Positions 44,130 through 54,297 of a DNA stretch of 64,000 nt are shown here, one piece after another; the stretch's first letter is position 1; every line of letters begins with the position of its first letter. Source of the DNA: an uncultured Methanosarcinaceae archaeon (GTDB taxonomy: Archaea > Halobacteriota > Methanosarcinia > Methanosarcinales > Methanosarcinaceae); assembly GCA_963847185.1 (NCBI GenBank), contig CAWJYV010000008.1, positions 1,102,009 through 1,166,008 on the forward strand. The letters run 5' to 3'. Both the position numbers and the translations under genes were made by a program. The notes under the pieces were generated by a model that saw only the letters and a program-made list of their open reading frames with translations, had not been told where the DNA came from and searched no databases.

Positions 44130-46691
44130 TCATTTCATCCGGGTATTATACGTATGATATACCGTGTATATCAAATAAAGAAGGAAAGCCAGGAAGATGA
44201 TATATTTTGTATACAAGACCTTTACCATGGCTTTCTTTTCCGTACTGGTTAAGGAGTCGCTCGTTATTCGCGAATAGATATCACCTGTGGTGTAAACCTT
44301 TCCGCCGTTTTCAAGCAGGGCTGTTCTGAAGAGGGGGTTTTCTCCAATATGAGTGTACTCGTCAGGACAGTTCGCTGATGCAGGTCTCCATGAAGAGCTA
44401 TCTACACCGAACTTTTCAGGAGTAAGTTTTTCAGTCTGGTTTATACCGGCAGGTTTTTCTGAGATCTTATGGAGTCCGAACGTATCCGGGGTAACATATG
44501 ACTCATACATACTGTCTCCGATAGGTGTTATTTCCATACGTTTCTTATCGAAATAGAGTTCTGGGGCTCCTTCTGTTTTTGTTGTGATAAGGACTCTGCC
44601 TGGCTGATCTACTTTAAGGTCAGGAACTTTTAGCTGGATATTTTCCGACATCTCGGTATCCGCAACTGCCCAGTTAAGAGTTCTTGTAACAATCAGGCTA
44701 TCGTTTCCTGAGTAGAGGCCAGAGGCCCAGGGCATGTCATGGCCGTAACCGTTATCAGTCGTAATCGCTGCAACACGACCAAGGCCAAGTCTCCAGATCG
44801 TGAGAACGGGTTTGCCCAATCTTGTTGTCACGAGTCGGTTTGCTTCGGGTTTTGGAGTTACTTCATTATAACCTAAAACATCACTTTCAGTTTCAGGCAA
44901 ATCCTTTGTAATGAAGTGTCTGGGGTCGCAAACTATCAATGAACCGCTGGAATAATTCTCCTCTTTTTCTTCGGACTCTTCCGAATTCTCGTTAGAGAAA
45001 CTGACGTTAATTCTCTGTCCTGGTTCTAGCTTTTTGTAGTTTTCAGATAGACCTAGTCTGTTCATGAAGAGATCTGGATAATATTTGCCTTTGGGAGTAA
45101 CCTGATATTGCGTTCTTGGAGCGTGAATATGAACAAAGTGAATACCTATCCCTTTTTCACGAAGCATTTTAGCACAATTAACTGCCTTCTCAAATCTATT
45201 ATCCCCTTCAGCCGTATTGCCGATTCCTCCATCCGAAACTATTACAATTTCAGCATCTGCACTTTCGTTCTGTGCTTTAAGCAGATTGCGTGCAGTAATT
45301 AATCCTTTTTCGAGAGATGTCGAATCTCCGGATGGCTTTATTTTGCGAATCTCAGTGTCAAGCCACAATCTATTCGACTCTTTTGACATATCCAGGAATC
45401 CGTTAGTTATATCCTGTCCCTTGCTTCCGAAAGTAATTACATTTACTCTTGCATCTTTTAAAAGATCGCTTTCAAGAAGAAGTACTGCATTTGACAGGAT
45501 ATCGTCCAGGACCCGTCCTCCAACATTATTGCTTTGAAGGGTGCTGGGCGAAACATCAAGTATCAAAACGACATTCCTGCCTCCTCTCCAGCTTGAAGGC
45601 TTTGAGATCACCGGAAGGAGTTCTTCAAATTGTGTATTTTGATACGTGCTATCTGCAGGATAATCGAAAGAGTCATCTCCCCCAACTACCACCATACCGC
45701 CTCCTCCGATGATGTATTTCCTCAAGGCATCGACTTCAGAATCTGAGATTGTCGACGCAGCCTGATTGTCGAGAATGACTGCATCGAACCCTTCAAGGGA
45801 ACCGATTGATCTGGAAGAGGATACATCATAAACTTCATTCAACATGTTTGCCAGGGAAGAATCAGGTTCTTTCGTTACAAAAAATACCCTGGGCTTTGGG
45901 GTTACGTATACGCATTTCATGTACTGGTTATTGTTCTCAAAATAATCCAGGCTCTTTACATTTATGGCTGCAGGATGAAGAGTTGCTTTTATTGTGTGCG
46001 GGCCCAGTGTATCGAAAGTATGATTGAGTTCAATGCTTTCTATTCTTCCGGTCTGAGTAATTTCCTTTTCCATTACCTGTTTGCGGTCAACTGTAACTCT
46101 AACCTGATACTTCATTTCGTTTTCAGTAGATTTTCTAATATTTAGCTTGAAAAAAGCCTCATTATCTATTACAAGCTCATTTTCTCCTTCGATTTCTATA
46201 CTGAGGTCCTCTTTGAGAGTATGCGGGATAAGTGCGGATACAGGGAAATTGTTTTTTTGGCAATAGGAGAGAGCCTCTTCAATTGAAGTTCCTGAATTGC
46301 TCTGTCCGTCAGAAACTACGAGTACATAGTTTTCAGGAGAAGCCTGCTGGATAATAGCATCCCCAAGAGAAGTATGCTGCCCCGAAAGCGTTGTAATGGT
46401 GACCGGGATCTTACTGTTAAGTTTTTCAGAAATGTTTTCCGGAACTCCCTTTTGGAAAAGCTCCATACTGGTACTCTCGTCAGATATTATGGTTATTTTG
46501 GATTGGCTGGTTTTCGGGAAACTCATCTCTGTAGAAAAAGGAGCTGCAAGCGCTATAATCAGGAGGGACGCAACAAGCGCATGGAAAAACAAATGTTTTC
46601 TACTGATTTTTGTTTTTAGCCCCAGAAGTACGAGAATTGCCAGAGGAAGCAGGAGGATTAATTCCGTTTTGTATAGAAAATCAAAGCTCAT
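44130..46691 (-). CDS. Membrane-anchored vWA-domain protein with glutamine-amidotransferase-like domain
   Basis: MIDAS-like DESTS..SDG and DVSPS..VSDG; GGGMVVVGG..LLPV; GLGRV; N- and C-terminal TM. Confidence 0.85.
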   Translation of the reverse strand: MSFDFLYKTELILLLPLAILVLLGLKTKISRKHLFFHALVASLLIIALAAPFSTEMSFPKTSQSKITIISDESTSMELFQKGVPENISEKLNSKIPVTITTLSGQHTSLGDAIIQQASPENYVLVVSDGQSNSGTSIEEALSYCQKNNFPVSALIPHTLKEDLSIEIEGENELVIDNEAFFKLNIRKSTENEMKYQVRVTVDRKQVMEKEITQTGRIESIELNHTFDTLGPHTIKATLHPAAINVKSLDYFENNNQYMKCVYVTPKPRVFFVTKEPDSSLANMLNEVYDVSSSRSIGSLEGFDAVILDNQAASTISDSEVDALRKYIIGGGGMVVVGGDDSFDYPADSTYQNTQFEELLPVISKPSSWRGGRNVVLILDVSPSTLQSNNVGGRVLDDILSNAVLLLESDLLKDARVNVITFGSKGQDITNGFLDMSKESNRLWLDTEIRKIKPSGDSTSLEKGLITARNLLKAQNESADAEIVIVSDGGIGNTAEGDNRFEKAVNCAKMLREKGIGIHFVHIHAPRTQYQVTPKGKYYPDLFMNRLGLSENYKKLEPGQRINVSFSNENSEESEEKEENYSSGSLIVCDPRHFITKDLPETESDVLGYNEVTPKPEANRLVTTRLGKPVLTIWRLGLGRVAAITTDNGYGHDMPWASGLYSGNDSLIVTRTLNWAVADTEMSENIQLKVPDLKVDQPGRVLITTKTEGAPELYFDKKRMEITPIGDSMYESYVTPDTFGLHKISEKPAGINQTEKLTPEKFGVDSSSWRPASANCPDEYTHIGENPLFRTALLENGGKVYTTGDIYSRITSDSLTSTEKKAMVKVLYTKYIIFLAFLLYLIYTVYHTYNTRMK

Positions 46692-48586
46692 ATGATTTTC
46701 CTCCTGAGCATGATAAAGTTTTCAATAATAAGCAGTAGCAACAGGATGTAAATTATGTATTTTCGGATTTTGTCCGGGGACCTGGTCTGCAGATCTTCTT
46801 TTTTAATCTCTGCGTTCTCACCTTCCAGATCCAATCTTTTTTCCGTGAAGGTATTTGATTCTGCGGAATCGTAAAGGTTGGCAGCAACAGTTTTCTGGTT
46901 AAGGTGGTAGAGCCCGCATTCATCATAGTAAATGAACTTGCTGCTTATAGTTTCCGTAGGGGTTTTGATTATGGTATTCTGGTCGAATGCCTGGTACCTG
47001 CCTGTGTTTACATTGGTTTCGCTGATATCATCGATTCCCCATATATACTTGAGAAGTTTTGCCCAGAAAACAGGATATGTAGGGATAGTAGGGAAATTTG
47101 TCCAGGCTTCGTTTTCAATAGTGTCACTCAGCCCAACATAGGTCGTTGTCCCATCTTTTATATTCCACGCACAAACAACAGGTCCGACCCCTTCAAGTTC
47201 GGCAAGCACCGAAATATTATCCTTCGGAACAGCAACAAGATATTTGCGCAGGTACACCTCGTCAAATGCCACTTCCTCAAAAATATTGTTTCCACTTCCT
47301 GCAGTTTCAATCGTGTGGCTGTCTTCTTCTTTAATTGAAACTATATCTACGGGAAGGATCGGATAAAGCCCATGCATTTCTGAAGAATTATACAGGCAGC
47401 CGTTTCCTATAACAATCAGATTTTTTCCGTTTTTCGCATATGTTACTACTTTCCTGATATCGGAGCTTGAAAGAGGTTCATACTCGCAACTTATCACAAT
47501 AGTATCATACTTTTCAAAGTCTTCCGGCAGCTTATTCTGCACATCGACATTATTATCAGGCATCAAGGATAGTGCTGTTATTACAGGAGACTTGCTGGAA
47601 GCAGGATCAATGTCTGTTAATATAAGCATTTTTTTCGGAGTGATTTCAGGAATGGAGATATGGGCAATGTTATCACAGGAGACTGCATCCTTATTTTGAA
47701 TTTTCACAGCTGAAGCACCCTCTGGAATACTGGAAAATGTTATTTGCTGAGCTCCGAACCCATCCAGGGAAAGTGAATTGTTTATTTTTTGAGGGGAAAA
47801 GAGCCCGGATTTACTTTCCAGTTGAACATCGAGCCTTGCACTCTCATTGCCGAAATTTTTGACAGTACACATATAATCATATGTGCCATCATTACGGTCT
47901 TTCAAATAACCGTTTACGATTGCGTAGTTAATAGCGGGTTTACCTACCTGCCTGAACTCAAGTTGCATGTTTTTTGCGTTAGCAATTTTGACGTATGTTT
48001 CAGGAGCCCTTCCTGCCCAGTTTTCAAAATCCGAGATCACGACGATTTTTGCATTTTCATTTTCCTCATCATTCACAACAGTAAGAATCGATTCAGGCAC
48101 ATCTGCAGGTGTATCTCGAGCTTCCATGCTGCTGACAAGTTCTTTTGCGTTTTTCGAATCAATGGCCTTCGCAAGCACTACAGGAATGCTTTCCGCAGCA
48201 ATAATTGTATTTTCTTTTCCCAGGCTCTCTATTGCGATGGACCTGGCGGCATCAATACGGTCAGGTACGCTCATGCTGGCTGAAGAGTCTATTATGACTA
48301 CAACTTTTTCCGAGTTTTCTGAAATGCTATCCAGTAAAGGACCTGCAATGGCAATTGATAAAAGGACCAGCGTAAGTAATTGTAAGAAAAAAAGAGGATC
48401 TGTGATTTTCTTAGTAATTTTGCGCCTGGAAGCGCTTACATTCTGGCTTATTCTTTGAACAAACATTAAAGAAGGGAGGATTATCTGTTTTGGCCTGGGT
48501 TTAAGTAAATATACTATTATCAGGGGAATTATACCTGCAAGTGCAACCAGGCCCGGGGGAAATTCATAGTCCATAGGCAGGATCAC
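46688..48586 (-). CDS. BatA-type N-terminal/vWA domain protein
   Basis: IPLII.YLLKP.P....PSLMF..LQLL..A.A.P; DSSAS MIDAS; VISD; C-terminal TM. Confidence 0.85.
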   Translation of the reverse strand: MILPMDYEFPPGLVALAGIIPLIIVYLLKPRPKQIILPSLMFVQRISQNVSASRRKITKKITDPLFFLQLLTLVLLSIAIAGPLLDSISENSEKVVVIIDSSASMSVPDRIDAARSIAIESLGKENTIIAAESIPVVLAKAIDSKNAKELVSSMEARDTPADVPESILTVVNDEENENAKIVVISDFENWAGRAPETYVKIANAKNMQLEFRQVGKPAINYAIVNGYLKDRNDGTYDYMCTVKNFGNESARLDVQLESKSGLFSPQKINNSLSLDGFGAQQITFSSIPEGASAVKIQNKDAVSCDNIAHISIPEITPKKMLILTDIDPASSKSPVITALSLMPDNNVDVQNKLPEDFEKYDTIVISCEYEPLSSSDIRKVVTYAKNGKNLIVIGNGCLYNSSEMHGLYPILPVDIVSIKEEDSHTIETAGSGNNIFEEVAFDEVYLRKYLVAVPKDNISVLAELEGVGPVVCAWNIKDGTTTYVGLSDTIENEAWTNFPTIPTYPVFWAKLLKYIWGIDDISETNVNTGRYQAFDQNTIIKTPTETISSKFIYYDECGLYHLNQKTVAANLYDSAESNTFTEKRLDLEGENAEIKKEDLQTRSPDKIRKYIIYILLLLLIIENFIMLRRKII

Positions 48587-49464
48587 CTTTCACCTATGAT
48601 TGTAAGAACAGCATCAATCGGTCTATTCTCAATGCTGACGCTGAAATATGGAATTTTAAAGTCGTATGCAATTTTATCCATTTCAGCCATATGTTTCTGG
48701 TACTCGGCAGCGTATTCTTTTTTAAACTCCGGCCCTACGGAAATGTTGAATTCTTCATTTGTCTCACTGTCAATGAATTTGACCGTACCGTCTATGGTTT
48801 CAGGCAGGGAAATCTCGGTTTCGTCATAAAGATGCACAAGCACAATTTCGTGCTTGGAAAGCCTGTGGACAGCATGCCGGATGGAATCAAGATTGTCCAG
48901 AAAATCCGAGATTATTAAGACCATTGATTTCGATTTTATTCTGGAATATATTGAATCTGCACAGTCTGCAAGCTTTGTCTTTCCATTAACCGAAATTGAG
49001 GATAAGTTGTCAATGGTCCGAAGGAATTCTTCTCTGCCTTTGCGGGCTTTAGAATAATCTACATCATCCGCAAACGTTGCAATCATGTACTGGTCGTTAT
49101 ATCTCATTACAATATAAGAGATTCCAAGGGCTATCGTTGATGCATATTCGAATTTGTTAGGAGATTTCTCAGGAAACAGCATGCTGCTGCTGGCATCAAG
49201 AAGTATGATCATATTCAGGTTTTTGTCCTCTTCGAACCTGCGTATGTAGAGTTTTTCAGTACGCGCATAGAGGTTCCAATCTATCTTTTTTAACGAATCA
49301 CCCGGATTGTATTTCCTGTGGTCTACAAGGTCAAGTCCTGATCCCTTCTTTGTTGAGATATGGCTGCCCGAGTGGACCGCTGTTACTCTATTCCTGAGAG
49401 GAAGTGCATATCTATCAAGCTGATTCAGGAATGAAGTATCTATCTTATGTTTTGCTTCAGCCAT
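48583..49464 (-). CDS. DUF58 family protein
   Basis: GSG....HRKY.PGD....IDWNLYART..LYIRRFEE; DASSS; ISDF. Confidence 0.92.
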   Translation of the reverse strand: MAEAKHKIDTSFLNQLDRYALPLRNRVTAVHSGSHISTKKGSGLDLVDHRKYNPGDSLKKIDWNLYARTEKLYIRRFEEDKNLNMIILLDASSSMLFPEKSPNKFEYASTIALGISYIVMRYNDQYMIATFADDVDYSKARKGREEFLRTIDNLSSISVNGKTKLADCADSIYSRIKSKSMVLIISDFLDNLDSIRHAVHRLSKHEIVLVHLYDETEISLPETIDGTVKFIDSETNEEFNISVGPEFKKEYAAEYQKHMAEMDKIAYDFKIPYFSVSIENRPIDAVLTIIGER

Positions 49465-49492
49465 ATTCTCTCCTGCCTCCAGCCTTGTTTTA

Positions 49493-50506
49493 TTACTGGC
49501 TGGGCTCTTTGAGTTGTTTTTTCTCCTCCAGGATTTTCAGGACGATGGAATCGCTGGTAATGCTGTTCCTTGCAGCATCGAATGAGAGTATGATCCTGTG
49601 GCGAAGTACAGGCAGAGCCATAGAGTCAATATCCTCTTTTTCGACATATCCCCGGTTGTCAAGGAAGGCATTTGCTTTTGCACAGAGAATAAGGGCTATC
49701 GACGCACGTGGAGATGCACCTGCTTCTATCATTTCAGGCATCTCTCGAGTCTGGTTCACGATGTCTATTGCATACCTCTTTAGCTTATTCGAAATTGGAA
49801 TCCTGCGGGTGATCTGCTGCAGCTCGAGGAAAGACTGTTTATCTATACATTTCTGAACGCTGGGCCTGAAAGCTTCAGCATATCGGTTTACAATTTCAAA
49901 TTCTTCTTCTTTGTCAGGATATTTCAGCTGGATCTTCATTAAAAACCTGTCAAGCTGGGCTTCGGGCAAAGCATAGGTCCCTTCCATTTCAATAGGGTTC
50001 TGAGTGGCAAGGATGAAAAAGGGCCTGTCCAGCAGATACGTAGTATTTGCTACCGTTACCTGCTTTTCCTGCATGGCTTCAAGCAGGGCAGACTGGGTTT
50101 TCGGAGATGCTCTGTTGATCTCATCAGCAAGGACAATATTAGCAAAAACAGGGCCCTGCTTGAATTTGAAGTGTTTTGAGCCTCTCTCGTCATCTTCAAT
50201 TATGTCTGTTCCCGTAATATCAGCAGGCATAAGATCAGGTGTACACTGTATCCTGCTAAACTTCATGTTCATAATCTGAGAAATAGTGGATATTGTCAGG
50301 GTTTTGCCCAGACCGGGGTTGCTTTCAACCAGAACATGCCCTTCACACAGCATGGCTATGAGAATGTGCCGGATCATTTCCTTCTGACCGACGATAGAGT
50401 TGCCTACTTCCTTAAAGATAAGTTCAAAAATAGCAGGGGCTTTTTCATAAGTAGGTCTTAAGTTAAGCTCCGAGTCTTCAAGCTGAATTTCCTGTACTTC
50501 TTTCAT
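49493..50506 (-). CDS. moxR: MoxR-family AAA+ ATPase
   Basis: PGLGKT, RIQCTPDLMPAD, LADEINRASPKTQSALLEAM, ATQNPIE, LPEAQLDRF, GASPRA. Confidence 0.95.
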   Translation of the reverse strand: MKEVQEIQLEDSELNLRPTYEKAPAIFELIFKEVGNSIVGQKEMIRHILIAMLCEGHVLVESNPGLGKTLTISTISQIMNMKFSRIQCTPDLMPADITGTDIIEDDERGSKHFKFKQGPVFANIVLADEINRASPKTQSALLEAMQEKQVTVANTTYLLDRPFFILATQNPIEMEGTYALPEAQLDRFLMKIQLKYPDKEEEFEIVNRYAEAFRPSVQKCIDKQSFLELQQITRRIPISNKLKRYAIDIVNQTREMPEMIEAGASPRASIALILCAKANAFLDNRGYVEKEDIDSMALPVLRHRIILSFDAARNSITSDSIVLKILEEKKQLKEPSQ

Positions 50507-50821
50507 ATTGAAACTCCATTCTTATATCATAAATTCGTGAATCTGTTTTTGCTCAAACTGGAATACTGTTGACTTTTTCATATAGCCACAACTTCTAATT
50601 ATTTTTAATACTCTTCAAATTGCAAACCCGTATTCTCTGAATTTTGCTTTGAGTTTGTCAACGATTTAATTTATTAATTCAACAGGGTGTAAAATCGCCT
50701 TTCGGATTACTATAATGTTTTTAACTGCTCCCAGCGCAGTTTTTATAATGGCGAAACAACCCTGAGCAATTTTTCAAAATCGTGTAAATTAATTTAAATA
50801 TCATTTTAATGCACCTGTTTT

Positions 50822-51676
50822 TCAAGACGAGAGTTTTTCAAAGTATTGTTTTATCAGAGGTTCGTATTCTTCAGGCAGGTTTTCTGTATATGTTTGACTG
50901 TACCTGAAATCTTCGTTAGAAACTTTTGAACTTCCATCGAACTTGCCAGCTGTATTTGTATTTACCTGATTTGTAAAACCGAGTCCAAGCGTTGGATTTA
51001 TCTCCATTTCAATCTTTTCTCCGTTTTTTGTTATAACAGCTTCTACATCGTACGTAATCTCAGGAACAGTTTCCTCTTCTTGCTTGCCGGATGCTGTTCC
51101 ATCAAGCAAATTCGGAATTTTTCCCATGAGTTTGCTGGGAGAGATATCAAAACTGAAACCTTCATTTACACAGTAAACGACTGCTCCGCTAAACAGCAGG
51201 AATACAACAAATGCTCTGAGAATCTGTCTTCTTGGAGCCAGTTTTTTTATTTTAATATCAGTCAACTGCCTGTATACATCATCAAAAAGCTTTTTCGTAA
51301 CTATATTGAAATTCTGCTTGTTATCGTATGCTGTGCTCAGTTTTGTTCTGAGTCCCGGAAAACTCCCTTCAAGCTTGTTTATAAGATTAAATTTACTTTT
51401 TTTGCTGAACAATTTGTGAGCAAGAGAAATAAAAAGAGTGAATAAGAGCGCTTCTGAAGCCATAATAGAGATATTAAGCCAGTAAGGCTCGACATAAGTT
51501 TGAGCTTTGATAAATGTATCCAATCCGGGTAAGAAATAAGCAAATTCATACCCGTTAAATAAAATCAGCAACAGAAAAAGAAAGGCAAATTTTCCGGCTA
51601 TTTGTAGAAACCTGAGGGTCCAGTAAGACCGCTTAAGGTAAGTTTCATATTTCAGAAGCATGGACTCAAAAAACAT
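50822..51676 (-). CDS. Membrane protein upstream of the MoxR cluster
   Basis: Three TM segments; L.TAYDN; C-terminal LPEEY..LIKQYFEKL; start uncertain (ORF open to 51802). Confidence 0.75.
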   Translation of the reverse strand: MFFESMLLKYETYLKRSYWTLRFLQIAGKFAFLFLLLILFNGYEFAYFLPGLDTFIKAQTYVEPYWLNISIMASEALLFTLFISLAHKLFSKKSKFNLINKLEGSFPGLRTKLSTAYDNKQNFNIVTKKLFDDVYRQLTDIKIKKLAPRRQILRAFVVFLLFSGAVVYCVNEGFSFDISPSKLMGKIPNLLDGTASGKQEEETVPEITYDVEAVITKNGEKIEMEINPTLGLGFTNQVNTNTAGKFDGSSKVSNEDFRYSQTYTENLPEEYEPLIKQYFEKLSS

Positions 51677-51950
51677 GGAAATCTCAAACCACAGTTTTAA
51701 ATTTATGATAATTATATCGCAGATCTTGCTAAAAAACTTTTCGAATAATTTGAGCAACTTTATTTCCCTGTTTGATAAACAGGTCATTCCCCCAATTCTC
51801 ATTAAATAATATGCAGAAAATTATATAATATATATCAGAATTAATTTATCTGTACTGTAACTTAGATTCTAATTTTAGATCCGAGAATTCATCAAAAATT
51901 TGATGAGTTTATGGAATCGGAAGTTTCCATTTAAAAGAAGTAAATAGGTC

Positions 51951-52087
51951 AAACAGGTAGGGTAAACAGGTAGGGTAAACAGGTTAGGGTAAACAGGTTA
52001 GATTAAACAGGTTAGATTAAACAGGTTAGATTAAACAGGTTAGATTAAACAGGTTAGATTAAACAGGTTAGATTAAACAGGTTGAGT
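51951..52087. repeat. 13-14 bp tandem repeat, ~10 units (6 perfect AAACAGGTTAGATT)
   Basis: Direct reading. Confidence 0.95.
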
Positions 52088-52236
52088 AAAATGGGTAGAC
52101 TAAAAAGATTTAATAACAGTTTCAGGATACAATCTTTAAGGAAATATTTGCTATAGGATGCCGACAAAGAATATTCACGAGAATTTACTAAAGAGCGTTC
52201 AGGAGAATACACCAGAGTATTCACAAGAACGTTATC

Positions 52237-52995
52237 CTAAATGTCGCCTTCAATCGCCCCATCTTTCAGTCTTATTATCCTGTCTGCATATTCTGCATGC
52301 CAGCTTTCGTGAGTAACCATTACAATCGTCTGCCCATGTTCTTTATTAAACTTCTTGAAGAGGTCGAGAACTTCTTTTGAAGTCTGAGAGTCCAGGTTTG
52401 CGCAGGGCTCGTCTGCAAAAAGAACCCTCGGAGAATGGGCAAGAGCTCTGGCTATCGAAACTCTTTGCTGCTGTCCCCCACTCATTTTGGAGGGGAGCTG
52501 CTGAAGCCGGTCTCCAAGGCCGACAGCTGTGAGGATATCTGAAGCTGCAGCTTCGTATTCTTCTTTGCTTTTGCCCTGCATCATGAGGGAGATGTAAACA
52601 TTCTCCAAAGCATTTAATTCGGGAAGAAGGGCATAGTCCTGAAAGACATAACCTAAATTGTAGAGCCGGAATTTGCCTTTTTCCCGGTCAGACATGCGGG
52701 AAGTATCCGTGCCCTCTATAATGATTTTCCCGGAATTAGGAGTATCAAGAAGGCCAAGCTGATTTAAGAGAGTAGTCTTTCCCGAGCCGCTTGCACCCAT
52801 AATAGCTATGAATTCTCCACGCCGGATTTTCACATTTACGCCTCTAAGAGCCCGGACTTTTATTTCTCCCATACTGAAACTGCGGACTATATCTATGCCT
52901 TCAATAATGATTTCATCTGAAGATTCCTCTTTTGACAACTCTTCTTTTGACAACTCTTCTTTTGATAATTCTACCTTTTTCCCAATTTCTTCCAT
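52237..52995 (-). CDS. ABC transporter ATP-binding protein (LolD/MacB type)
   Basis: GASGSGKT, MSGGQQQR, ADEP, VTH; N-terminal (E)ELSK repeats from a 15-bp repeat. Confidence 0.95.
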   Translation of the reverse strand: MEEIGKKVELSKEELSKEELSKEESSDEIIIEGIDIVRSFSMGEIKVRALRGVNVKIRRGEFIAIMGASGSGKTTLLNQLGLLDTPNSGKIIIEGTDTSRMSDREKGKFRLYNLGYVFQDYALLPELNALENVYISLMMQGKSKEEYEAAASDILTAVGLGDRLQQLPSKMSGGQQQRVSIARALAHSPRVLFADEPCANLDSQTSKEVLDLFKKFNKEHGQTIVMVTHESWHAEYADRIIRLKDGAIEGDI

Positions 52996-53007
52996 GCTTT
53001 CCTCCGC

Positions 53008-54213
53008 TCATTTGCCCCAGATCAGTTCAAGCAGGCTTCTCTGAGCCAGTTTATAGGCAGGAATTACAGAACCGACAATAGAAGCCAGGAAAAGAAGAAT
53101 TGCACGGTTTACGGCTTCTGCATTATCCAGTTTCAAGCTTACGGATCCAAGGGGAATATCTACAGGGTGATAAACCGTATAAGGTGCAAGCCCGAAGCGC
53201 ATAAAGGAATAACCGAGTACTATACCGGTGCCTGCGTAAAGCATTGCCTGGAGCACGAAAGACGCAACTATTACATTCTGCTCGATCCCTATGGCTTTCT
53301 GGACGCCTATCTGCCTCTTTTTGTTCACTATATTTACGTAAATAACCACAAAAATTATCACAAATGCTATTAGCAGGCCAATCGCATTCATAATATTACG
53401 GACAAGGCCAAGTGTGTTTTCTATCAGGCGGAGGATACCTGCAAACTCGTGCCAGGTATGGATATTTTCCCTGATTCCAAGGGAGAGAAGCGCGGTCTGC
53501 GTTTCATACTCATCAGTGCCGTCTGTGGTCTTGACTGCGATTTCCTGGGCGAGGTTTCTGTCTTCAATACCCATCATTTCTTCAAGGTCAGCCTTGTTGA
53601 GATAAGCTGAAGCATCAGCCATGAAGAAACGGGTGGAATAGATCCCTTTTACTCTGAATTCCCGGGAAACGCCGTTTAATGTAAGTTCAATGGTATCTCC
53701 TACTTCTGCACCTCCAAGAGACCTTGCTTCCATAAGGGCTCCAAACCCTCCTGATACTTCCCTTCCCAGGATTATTTCCCCCCTGTCAGGCCTGCTCAGG
53801 AATTCTCCACTTATTACGGCATCTTCCAGCCCTGTTACAAAAGCTTCATCAGCAGGATCTATCCCGTAGACAGTTCCTCCGATTTCCTTTTCTTTGTAGC
53901 GGAAGTTCCCAGAGGCCTTAAGGCGAGCAGAGGTCCCGACTACCTGAGGAAAACTTTCTATCTTTTTCTGAAGAGCTGATGCATCCTCTATATAACGTTC
54001 TTCTGTTTTTGGCTCGACAACTACATTTCCGGTCTGAAAATCTACCATAAGTTCGTTGAACTTTAGCGTAACGCCTGCAAGCATGCTCGAAAAAAGCACG
54101 AGCTGTATGAAGATAAGGGTCAGCACGAAGACTGTAAAGATTGTAATTCCCTTATTTCCCCGTCTTATAGAGCGACCTGCAAGGAAGAAGGAGACTTTCG
54201 CTTTCTCAAGCAT
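53008..54213 (-). CDS. ABC transporter permease (FtsX/MacB type)
   Basis: TM, large periplasmic domain, 3 TM topology; KRQIGVQKAIG; IPA. Confidence 0.92.
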   Translation of the reverse strand: MLEKAKVSFFLAGRSIRRGNKGITIFTVFVLTLIFIQLVLFSSMLAGVTLKFNELMVDFQTGNVVVEPKTEERYIEDASALQKKIESFPQVVGTSARLKASGNFRYKEKEIGGTVYGIDPADEAFVTGLEDAVISGEFLSRPDRGEIILGREVSGGFGALMEARSLGGAEVGDTIELTLNGVSREFRVKGIYSTRFFMADASAYLNKADLEEMMGIEDRNLAQEIAVKTTDGTDEYETQTALLSLGIRENIHTWHEFAGILRLIENTLGLVRNIMNAIGLLIAFVIIFVVIYVNIVNKKRQIGVQKAIGIEQNVIVASFVLQAMLYAGTGIVLGYSFMRFGLAPYTVYHPVDIPLGSVSLKLDNAEAVNRAILLFLASIVGSVIPAYKLAQRSLLELIWGK

Positions 54214-54297
54214 AATCAGGCACCTGGATTTGTTCTTATATTGCTTATTTTGTCAGGTTTATTCTGTCAGCTTCGGGCCTTAGATCTTACCTTTCTT

